A stretch of DNA of 64,000 nucleotides, from the NCBI GenBank assembly GCA_965649765.1, contig OZ287752.1, forward strand, positions 37,944,001 through 38,008,000. Direction: 5' to 3'. Below are positions 10,621 through 22,600 of the stretch, piece after piece; positions within the stretch are counted from its first letter, which is position 1, and each line of letters starts with the position of its first letter. This stretch comes from Bispira polyomma. Its lineage: Eukaryota. A program made the translations under genes and the position numbers. A model generated the notes under the pieces. The model was not told where the DNA came from and searched no databases. It saw only the letters and a program-made list of their open reading frames with translations.

Positions 10621-13600
10621 CTGAAAAATACAAGGTTTCTGAACGATATCAAAAAAATTCTATATTACAGGAATAAATAAATGCAAAACAAGTGTTTAAA
10701 ATGTGTATCAAACATAAGTTTAAGTATTTTTTTTCTATTCTAAAATTATTAAAATTTTGATTACCCAAAAATGTACATGTGATAATTTCAAGTTTAGCTG
10801 TTCAATCAGAATAAAGTAGGTGAATTTTGTCAGCGACAATTAGTCTGCGATAAATAGTTGTAAAGCTGTTTACTCTTCCTTATTAGGAATCACCTTTATC
10901 ATTCTGTTTTTGTCCACTGTGAGCAGTAATTCTTTGTACTCACCTTTATCCCTCTGTCTTTGTCCACTGTGAGCAGTAAGTCTTTGTACTCACCTTTATC
11001 ACGTAAGCAGTAATTCTTTGTACTTACCTTAATCTTGCCTAGTTTATAATCACAATGAACAACACAATTAAATTTACCACCAGAGTTCATTTAAACTCAC
11101 TTGGAAGTTTTTAATTAATAATAATAACTTGTACTAAATATTAAGCCTCTGATGAGTCACTCCAGACGAAACTGTGTACCCTTTATTTTGCATGCATAAT
11201 GTTGTATATCTATTATGTAGTGTGTTTGTAAACAAACGCTGTACATACACACAAAAACAACAATTGATGATGTCACAAACCCAATACTATGACATCACAA
11301 ACAATGACCTCACATTGACATCATTCAGTGCATGTGTTGTCTAGGAACTTGCAAAATGTTATTGTCTATCAATAAATGACATTCAAATCATTTGAGCACA
11401 GTCAGGCATACAGTGCAGATGTGCAGGGGAATAAGAATCGAGACCTTGCCACGTTTTCAATCATATTGATCACTTTCTCTTTGTACTCACCTTTATCACT
11501 TTGTCTTTGTACTCACCTTTATCACCCTGTCTTTGTACTCACCTTTATCAGTTTCTCTTTGTACTCACCCTTATCAATCTGTCTTTGTACTCACCTTTAT
11601 CACTTTGTCTTTGTACTCACCTTTATCACCCTGTCTTTGTACTCACCTTTATCACTTTGTCTTTGTACTCACCTTTATCACTTTTTCTTTGTACTCACCT
11701 TTATCACCCTGTCTTTGTACTCACCTTTATCACATTTTCTTTGTACTCACCTTTATCACCCTGTCTTTGTACTCACCTTTATCAATCTGTCTTTGTACTC
11801 ACCTTGATCACCCTGTCTTTGTACTCACCTTTATCACTCTGTCTTTGTACTCACCTTTATCACTCTGTCTTTGTACTCACCTTTATCAATCTGTCTTTGT
11901 ACTTACCTTTATCACTCTGTCTTTGTACTCACCTTTATCACTCTGTCTTTGTACTCAACTTTATCAATCTGTCTTGTACTCACCTTTATCACCCTGTCTT
12001 AGCCCACTATAAGGAGTAATTCTTTGTACTCACCTTTATCACCATGTCTTTATACTCACCTTTATCACTCTGTCTTTATACTCACCTTATCACTCTGTCT
12101 TTGCCCACTGTAACCAGTAATTCTTTGTATTCACCTTTATCACTCAGTCTTTGTCCAGTATAAGCAGTAATTCTTTGTACTCACCTTTATCACTCGGTCT
12201 TTGTATTCACCTTTATCACCCAGTCCAAGCCCACTGTGAGTAGTAATTCTTTGTACTCACCTTTATCACCCATCCAAGCCCACTGTGAGCAGTAATTCTT
12301 TGTACTCACCTTTATCACCCAGTCCAAGCCCACTGTGAGCAGTAATTCTTTGTACTCACCTTAATCACTCTGTCTTTGCCAACTATAAGCAGTAATTCTT
12401 TGTACTCACCTTTGTCACCCTGTCTTTGTCCACTGTAAGCAGTAATTCTTTGTATTCACCTTCATTACTCTGTCTTTGTTCACTGTAAGCAGTAATACGT
12501 TGTACTCGCCTTAATCACTCTGTCTTTGCCCACTGTTAGCAGTAATACTTTGTACTTACCTTAATCACCCTGTCTTTGCCAACTGTAAGCAGTAATTCTT
12601 TGTACTCACCTTTATCACCCTGTCTTTGCCAACTGTAAGCAGTAATTCTTTGTACTCACCTTTATCACCCTGTCTTTGTCCACTGTGAGCAGTAATTCTT
12701 TGTACTCACCTTTATCACTCTGTCTTTGCCCACTGTTAGCAGTAATTCTTTGTACTTACCTTAATCACCCTGTCTTTGTCCACTGTAAGCAGTAAGTCTT
12801 TGTATTCACCTTCACTACTCTGTCTTTGTCCACTGTAAGCAGTAATTCTTTGTATTCACTTTCATTACTCTGTCTTTGTCCACTGTAAGCAGTAATTCTT
12901 TGTATTCACCTTCATTACTCTGTCTTTGTCCACTGTAAGCAGTAATTCTTTTATTCACCTTCATTACTCTGTCTTTGTCCACTATAGGCAGTAATTCTCT
13001 GTATTTAATTATTGTCTTACATTTATTACTCTGTCTTTGTCCGCAGTAAATATTTGTACCTACCTTTATCACCCTGTCTTTGCCCACTGTAAGCAGTAAT
13101 TTTTTCCTAATGTCTAAGTCCACAAAAACAATCTGATGTCTGGTGTCATGGAATGTGGCTAGTGGGGCTTTGCTGCAATAGAATGTTTTAAAAACCTTTA
13201 TTTTTTTATCAGACATCTAAGACTGCCATTTGAGATAAAATCAAGCTAAACTTGAGCTTATGCTCAATTTCAACAAATTATGGACAATCAGTGGCCGTGT
13301 TCTCCAAGATTTCTTTAGTTCAGCTGAGACTCAAATTTAAAATCCTGATATCTCTGGCTGGAGTAAAGCTAACTAAAAATCTGACTGCATATTTGAAGTT
13401 CTTTGGAGAGTACAACTTTACTTCAATAATTGTAAATATTTTGTGACCATGTATTTTAATACAGTTATTAAAGATACACTTAAAGTATAAAGTTGAGACT
13501 TTAAATGTATTTTTGCTCGGCAAATATATAAGAAACTCTCTGCATTGACTTGGAATCTGCAACATAAATCTCATTGTGTCATACTGCTAAATAATATTTA

Positions 13601-16600
13601 CTTGATAATTTGTAAAGATGCTGCAAAACAAAACACATATTGGGAACTGTTTATTTGGCTCTTGTGAAAAAATTCTTTTGTAGATTATTGTCATGAACCC
13701 TGACTTCTAAGGCTACATAATGTACTGTAAAGTCTTCACATAAAGCCCACGGGCTATAAACTTTGACTTTGCCAAAAAACGGTAATGGGTTGTTATTAGT
13801 AAGGGCGAAACAAGTAGTCGGTTAATCCACAACAAAGCGGTTCAGCTTGTGGCTCGAGTCAGAAACGGGAAGCCGAATACTCGCTAATTTTTATTTCTGA
13901 CACACATACAATACATTAAACCGTACATAAACATAAAAACACAAAAACATACAATTTTCAATTAGACATCAAAACTTTTTCCTAATAATCACCTCTTTCT
14001 TTAGTATTTACAATGTATATATTTTGTTACGGTTGGCAGAAGGTAAACAAAAACGGCCTCGTTTTAGTTTGGGTTAAAAAAATAGATAAGACATCAGTAA
14101 AAATGGCCGGAAAAATGATAAAAAGCTGGTTGATATTCTATTTCTTACATATTTTTTGTATAAAATAGATTCATACTGCATCTATACAAAGATTTTTGTT
14201 TCAATTCATATAAGACACAAAATTTGATCTGATGTGCAGAAAATGTGCACAAATTTGTTGTCAAAATTGTCCGTGATTTGCGGATCTCTCTATCAGGGCA
14301 TGATTCTGTAATAACATTGGCAAATATATCCTACTGTCATTACGTAGTTAGCTTTGCATATTTACAAGTCATTAAACAGTGCACATAACTTTAGCTTCAT
14401 TGCTAACTACAACTAGAAATAGGGCGCCCTGTTAAGAGTAGCTGCAACATATGAAAAGAAACAGGATAGCATAGAAGAACACACATTAGCATGTATACTG
14501 TCCACCCCATAAACCTTTTGGAACAATTGCACAGTAGTCTTACAGGAATGTTTTGTTAGGCCAGGTGACACCTACAAGTAGGTGTTAGCTGGACTTTTCA
14601 CATCTCTTGGATGGATATAATACTATATATGGTAAAGATCGAAAAATTTGTGTGCACAAGATAATCTCAGAAACTGCTAAGAGTTTAGCCTTGAAATTCA
14701 CACCGAATATTTGTTATACTCTGTATATGACTCAAATTTTTTTTATATCATTCCACCTACTAGTACAGAAGTTATTAACAAAAATGTGACAAATTTACCA
14801 GTTTGTTGATGTTTACGCATCATGGGACCGGATGTGAGGGTTAATACTAAAAGTCAAACATTTAACATTAGTGCAAAACGTCTTTTTGCTCGAAAATTTA
14901 AATAAGAACTAATGGTCGTATATATATTTTTACTTCACATATAATTTTCATTTTGGTATCATTAGAAAGGTAATCTTTTGTGCTTTTCGATAGTTTTAAG
15001 CTACAATGAATATTGCTTGAGATATTTGAAGAAAAATGGTGTGAATCTAATTTTTGCAAATTCTGCAAATACTGGTGTATCTCACCTAAAAATGTTCGTT
15101 TTGGTATCAGCAGAAAGCTCTTACTATGTACTTTATGATTAGTGCACGAATTTCATTTAAAATATATGGTTAGGACTTATACTTGGACTGCATACACAAA
15201 ATTGTTTAAAATATCGGTTTTCAGAGTCTATACAGGTTATTAATTAAATGCCTACATCACAGTAAGTATATCATACAGATTTCACGACTTGATACTGATC
15301 TTATAGATTCATTTAACTTTCTTGAACTATGTTTCTGTAAATCAAAAACACTGATATCAAATATGCACTTGAACATGAATAGATATTTGATGGTTCTGTA
15401 ATTTCTTAGTTCTTACAAGTATATTTATCTTAGTCAAAACAATGATCTTAAACATGAAAGGATAATTCATTTTTACATAACTGTGTTTCTTGGACACTGT
15501 CATAACTGTGGCTAACTCCTTTGTTAGCAGCCATGTAGACCACTCCAGTTCCCTTCTACTGAAAGAAAATTCTACTAGAGTGAAATAGGTGACACAATAC
15601 AATCCCTTGGAATAAAAATAAATGCAACTAACACTATAGCTCATTATTCCTCATTACATTACTTAGCAATGATAACAGCCCTCTGAAGAATCTAGGGTCA
15701 GTATTCACAAACAAGGATCAAGATCAGATCAAGTTATTCCTCAAATAAATCAGTATTCACAAAGCAAGAAATCACTTGATATAAAATTTTAAATAACTGA
15801 TATGTTTTTGTATTCTGCTTATTCCCTCAAACATCTCCTGTCAGCCATGGGACGTGACTGTAAAATCGCCAAAGGATCTGGTGGGGGATATTGTGATCAT
15901 TGTGGCCAACTCCCTTTTAAGTGCATTATTTAAAAACAAGGATCAAGTAATCAGTATTCACAAAGCAAGGAATCACTTTTTATGAAAATATCAAATAATT
16001 GATCTGTTTTTAGTATTTTTCTTCTCCCAAACATCTCCTGTCAGCCAAGATGAAGGTTTTACTCTGCAGTCCGTAATAGGAGACTCTTATTGAGGTCTGA
16101 AACAAGTGATAGGTGATAAATAACTGGTGAGGGGTAGTGGGAACAGTAAACTACTCTTTGTATAATGATAGGTAACTGGTGAGGGGTAGTGGAAGCACTA
16201 GATTACTTTTTATACAGTGATGGGTATACTGGTGGGGCGTAGTGGGAGCACTAGACTATACTCTTTGTATTATGGCAGGTAATTGGTGTATTAGTGTATT
16301 TACTTTGTACATATTTTAAGATAAACAAATTTTTATTAAGTACCCTGAAAACCCCAACGAACATCATAAACAGGTGGTGCTGGCTTTGGCCTACCCAAGG
16401 CTAAGGGTAGGCCGAAGTGACCACTCAGCACATCATCAACTACTGATGCACTCACTCACAATTATAGAAACCTACACACTTTATGCACACATTTGGAAAG
16501 CAATCCAGATACATGCCCCTCCAGGAGCATACACTTCTTGTATTTAGTTTAAAATTGAATTTTTTGTGTATCGAGTCCGTGTGGGCGATAATCGATGCTA

Positions 16601-19600
16601 ATCCTCAGTCATCTGGCAATGTGGTCCATGGACCACTCTTATCTTGTTTGTAAAATATATCAACGATGCTCCAAAATTTATTAGTATACATGTAAATTAT
16701 TTCAACTGCACGGATAAAATGTCATCGGACAAAATACCGAGGGGACAAAACGGCAGTCAAAATTGCAAGGGGGACAAAATGCTGTCTAACTAAATAGTAA
16801 ATAACACATTTACACAAGCACTGCCTAGTAGTATGCACCATGTAACAGATTCCTGAAAAAAGCCCATCAGAAAAAATGTCCATCAAGTGAATCCCATCAG
16901 CATGGGTGAGAAAATTGGCATCAATTTTGCAAAATTTCTTCACAACAGATAATTTAACTATTATTTATAAAAATCTGATGTAAGGTAATGATAAATTACA
17001 TTTACAATTGATTAAGGTCCATTTTTTTTCAGGTTTATGTGTAAGTTTCATAAGTTTATTTATTTAAATCAAAGGAATAGTGCATAAATTTCATGTTATT
17101 TTATTTGTATCAAAAGAAGGGTGCACAAGTTTCCTAATTTTTTATTTACACCAAAGGAAGGGTGTATGTGGTGTGTCTACTCAGGTGAGATCAAGAAAAA
17201 GCTATTGTTTGTTGTGTAATCTGTGCGTGAATTCTTTGAAAGCTCGGAAGAAATCAATTGATGGGCAGTGTGTGAGAGTAATAACAAATTGCTCTATCTC
17301 GCACAGTTTAGGAGATAGAAGCAAATTTGTGTTTTTCCATTTTTGGCAAAAATTAGAAAAATCAAAATGGCCGCCATTTTTGGGGAGAGGAAAACTTTTT
17401 GAAAATTGCCAAGAGTACATTGATTAGATACCCTGCGGGTCTAAAATTTTAACGAAATCGCTCTATCTCGCACGGTTAAGGAGATAGAAGCAAATTTGTG
17501 TTTTTCCAGTTTTGGCAAAAATTCGAAAATTCAAAATGGCCGCCATTTTTGGGGAGAGGAAATTTTTTTGAAAATTGCCTATAGTACATTTGTTAGATAC
17601 CCTGTGGGTCGAAAAATTTGACGAAATCGCTCTATCTCGCACGGTTAAGGAGATAGAAGCAAATTTTTATTTTTCCATTTTTGGCAAAAATTCGAAAATT
17701 CAAAATGGCCGCCATTTTTGGGGAGAGTAAATTTTTTTTCAAAATTGCCAAGAGTACATTGCTCTATCTCGCACGGTTTAGAAGATAGACATATTTATGT
17801 TTTTTGCTATGTAGCTATTCCTACTAAAAGTAGCTAAGTAGCTATTGCTGAGTCAGTTATATAGCTATTATCACTAAAAGCAATCCCAAGCAAGCTATTG
17901 ACCTAACTATTGGTCATACCAAATTTGGTATGTCAAATATCTTTCCCTAAAATGCCCGGAAACAAAAGAAGTACATAAAAGTAAGTAAGTAGCTATTACT
18001 CAGTTAGCTATGGAGCTATCTTCACCAAAAGCAATCCCATGCAAGCTATTAACCCAATGAACACCCATACCAAATTTGGTAAACATAGAATAAATATTTT
18101 TCCTCGAAATGACCGGAAACCAAACGTGACGGACGGCGGACGGCGGAAAAAGCAAAAATAATATGTCCACCCCCCCACTGGGGTGGACATAATGATTGAA
18201 ATTAAACTAGCACATGGACTGAAATAAAATAAACTAATCTAATCCAACTTTTGTAGCCCTTATCTGTGTGCTAGGAGATTCTAAGGTACATGAGACAGAA
18301 AATCATTTGACAATTTGATATAGCCATTGGACGAATAGTGGTCGTGACCACGGAGAATACAAAGACAAAAATAGATTTTTAGTAAACACCAAAAATACAA
18401 AGACATTCACCAAATCATTGTTGTTTTGTTAAACCAACTGCCAACCGGTTATTAGCTGGTTATAAGAGAAATCAGAAATAGGTTGATCAAAAATGAAAAC
18501 AAAGTTTATTGATCATTTAATCTGTTTACTTTTTACACTAATAATTCCTTGAATAAAACACAGAACCGAACTAGAACATATCGGCTAATGGCTTCAAAGT
18601 ATAAAATTAAATGTAAATATAAATAGTGTTATTGTTGTATATTGACTTGACTTTACCTGTCTCACACCCACAGTTTTCAGTTCCCACATGGATTTAAAAT
18701 TCCAAAAGAACGGACTGCTGCATTTCTGACAAATGTCACTCTCTACCCACTCAGCTGTCTGGAGAACAGAAATAGTTCATTGGCTAAGACAGTCACATCA
18801 CCTCTGACAAAACTTTCTAGAGAAATAAAATAGATTTTAGTAAACATTTCATTGGCTTAGAAATAGTCACATGACTTTTAACAAACTTTTGTAGAGAAAC
18901 AAAACAGATTTTAGTAAACATTTCATTGGCTAAGACATAGTCGATGACCACTGACAAACTTTCTAGAGAACAAAAAATATTTTAGTGAACATTTCATTGG
19001 TTAAGACGTGGTCACATGACATTAAACAAAACTTTCTAGAGAAAAAAATATCACTATACATGATTTAATTGGCTTAGATAAAGTCACATGATCTGTAACT
19101 GTTACACTGGTACTGGTTTACTTGCTCCGTTATGCCTATTTTACCCTATCAATGTACATACCTCTGTTCTGTCTATGGCCACATCCCAAAATGCCAGCAT
19201 TCTGTCTTCTGAACCACTCAACAACTGCTTGGTACGAGGGGAGAACACTAGACTCTGTACTTTGTCCCTAAAACAGACGGGTAGACTTGTCCTGTTGCGA
19301 TTCTGGAAAAGTTTATCGTCAAATATAAAAATCAGTGTTCATTGTAATAGTAGAACCTCTATTAGTCAAATTTTTAGTGTTTAAAATTTTCAATTTAATT
19401 ACCAACAAAATTTACAACTCTTTTTCACAATAAGACTTCATGGCCCCGTATTCTGCAACCATCTCAATCTGAACTCGAGCTCAAATCTAAGTTATACATA
19501 TCTCTGATAGGGTTGGGGTCAATTACTTCGGTCAATAACAATTACATTTTAAATTGCAAGGTGTCGATTACAATTACTGTCCTTAATTACAACCACTGAG

Positions 19601-22600
19601 ACTTAATTACAATTACTTTGGTAACAAAGTTCGATTACATTTTAATGACAATGGTTGGCGTCAATTACTTTGGTCAGTTATTAGTCCATAATAAATATTA
19701 TTTCCTAACAAATTTATTACAACTACAGTTATACATATACCTGGTAGTTTTTAACTTTATGCACATAGACATTCTCTTTATGTAGAGCTAATATGAGCAA
19801 CTATGTTAAATACATCACTAAGTTTTGGTTACTGATTAGATTTTACTTCAAACACTAGTCTAATATTCTCTATAGAGATTCTCTGGCTAGGATAACCCTG
19901 GGTAAAATCTGACTACATATGATATATTAGGCCAGTGTACCTGTGTCCTTGTAACTCCAGTGCTGATCCTTGTTGTCCACCAATGTCCCATATAATAATC
20001 GCCTGGTCAAAACTGCCAGAATACAACATACTCTTGTTTTCATCCCAGGCCAAACACCGGATACTCCCTACAAACACACAGTTAACCAGTGATGTGTTTT
20101 TTAAAAAGTTTGACTGACACCCCTCCTCAGTTTAGCCAGGTCAATTGCTTCGAATCACTAAAACACACACTAAAGACTACTTCCGGCATTCAATAACAGC
20201 CTCACATATAAATTTTTTAAAGACAGGAGTCTGCTATAATAACAATTGCCTACTGCGAGGAACTGAAGTAAAACTAAAATAAAATTTTCGGGGCTGTCGA
20301 CTGCTTGCCGACAAACACAGGTTCTGGGAGAATAACAAATACCATCGACTGCTTGTCGTCAACCTAGGGCTCGAAAGGATTAATGTTGCATTGAACACCA
20401 AGGTATTATATAGAAATTTCAGAAATATAAAAGGAATTCATTTTCACTGGCAGTTATTTCTAGTTAAAATATTAGAGTAAGGAATCTAAAATTGGCCACT
20501 GTATCTGAAATTGGCCACCTAGAAAATGTTGTGGTTTTTTTGGTAGAATTGTGGGTAATATTTGCTAAAATTGAGATTTTAGAGACCATTTTGTCTTACA
20601 TAAATTTCAGCTATTTTGCGCCAGTTTTTATTGATTTGACTTCAATTTTAGGTGGGGTGGGTGGCAAATGTCAGATACAGTGGCGAATTTTAGATGCAGT
20701 GGCAAATTTCAGATACACTGGCAAATTTTAGATTCCTTATTCTAACATAAGTTCACTAGAATTAATTTCCACTATCCCAACTCATTTGCTACAATTATAT
20801 TTACAAGTGAAAATCTCCTTTTAATACAGTACTATTTTACCTGAGTGTCCTTTCAATGTGGTGATCGTCTCACAGCCAGAGTTACTTAGTTTTAACACTG
20901 TGATCTGGCCAGAGTAATCACCTACAAATGCTGTTTTACTTTGCTTATCAAACCTGTACCATATTGTCAAGAAAAATAATACCCAACATTTTATTTTCCC
21001 CCCAACTGATGAAATATTGAAAACAACAAGATGAAGTACTTGTGATTTTGTCCATCTATAAATACACAAAATAATCACAATAATAAATATCAAAGCAATT
21101 CTACTTTAGCGGTACGAGATTTTAACGAGAATTCACTTACAACAAATAGCTAATAAAATATGGTAAATTTAGTGTAATTTGAGAGGATATGGATATCCAC
21201 CTAAAACCTCGTTTATTATTTACAATTAAGTTTGTAATGAATCCTGGACCTTTTAATTGTCACTTTAGTTTAATTTACAACGCATTCTCACTTAAACAAA
21301 ATTTGGTACCAGTAAAGTAGAAACTATCGTGAATATCTTCATTAACCCCTTCGCCACTGTTGGAGAGTAAGCACTTTTCTGAAAGAAAATACTTTGACAC
21401 AATTTGACAACATCACAAAATTACATTTTAGCAACAACTGATTACATCACAAATGGAAAAATAAATTTTTCTTTATGTTAAAAGCAGCGTATAACATAAG
21501 ATTTTATTTGTGTGTGCTGAGGGAGCTATACAACCATATTTTATACCATAGACTGCTGGCTGATAGACATGACACTGGCAAATACACTTTTCTGTCGACT
21601 GCTAGCCGACAGACAAGGTTGTCAAGGGGTTAAATGAATGACACGTTTCAAGGATACTCTATACACGTGCACCAAGCACTGGCTTGAAAGTTTCCCAGCC
21701 TCCTCCCTGTCTCTGAGCAATGCCACTGGAATAACTTGTCTCTTGCGGAAGATAACACCCACTCATGGTCCAGTGAGAATCGTACCCAGGTCACCCGGTC
21801 TTGATGTGCTGTAAGAATGACCAGCATAATAATAGTAGACATGTAGTGTAAAAATACACTGGTTGAAAAAATAGTTTGCTCTAGAAAGGTTTATCATTCA
21901 TCAAAAGTCTCGTTTCTCTTCGTTCAAAATGTATATATATTTTATAAATAGAATTTTTATTATTATATATGTTCTTGTGTAACACGTACTACTAAAAATA
22001 ACTGAAATAAATATAAGTTAAAACAATCTTTTCAATCACAAGATATGGGAGGGGGAGGATTTTAAGAGGGGGGGGGGGGATTATCTCTTACATTGTCATG
22101 AAGCTTAAACGTCTGGTGATACAAAAAACATTAACTAAAGCATACATGAACCAGAACTGTAAACAAGATTTGGACCTGTACTAATATTGTTATGATGTGC
22201 ATATAGTGAAATTACAAAGATTTCAAGGTTTATAGACAATTTTGTACAATAATTCTTCTTTAGTATATAATTTTTTAGTCGACTAGTTTTATATTTTGAT
22301 TTCTGATAGAATGTTTTTAACATTTAAAACGACAAGAATATAGGTATATTTTGTTGAGCATTTCGTATTTATTTAAATTTTTCCTTGGGAAAGGTGTGAA
22401 TACACTATTGCCTACTGTTGAAGACCAATTAGCTATGTATTTATAACCATGAATAATGATTTATCAATTCTGATGTTGCGCTTCATAGAAGATGCCTGGC
22501 ATCACAATGGCTTGACAGTATTGACAAAATAAAAGTTTTATTGTGTTGTATTTTGCACTTTTAACGCGCCTTATTAATGAAAGACATCTTCCAAAGTGCA

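Noticed and set aside
11376-12019. Three overlapping repetitive ORFs (SLYSPLS/CLCTHLY/FVLTFIT)
   Set aside because: Artefacts of translating a stop-free 26-bp minisatellite in all three frames, antisense to WDFY2.
11470-13102. CRISPR-like regular repeats
   Set aside because: No unique spacers and no cas genes; the context is eukaryotic and the unit derives from the adjacent exon.
13500-13625. Acceptor ttttgcag|CATC resembling the start of the HHCR exon
   Set aside because: Continues [13 protein letters not shown] with no Cys pattern; at best an unprovable remnant.
15470-15560. Acceptor-like site with an open frame ([13 protein letters not shown]...) as a substitute for the missing FYVE exon
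   Set aside because: No FYVE similarity and no convincing phase-2 donor.
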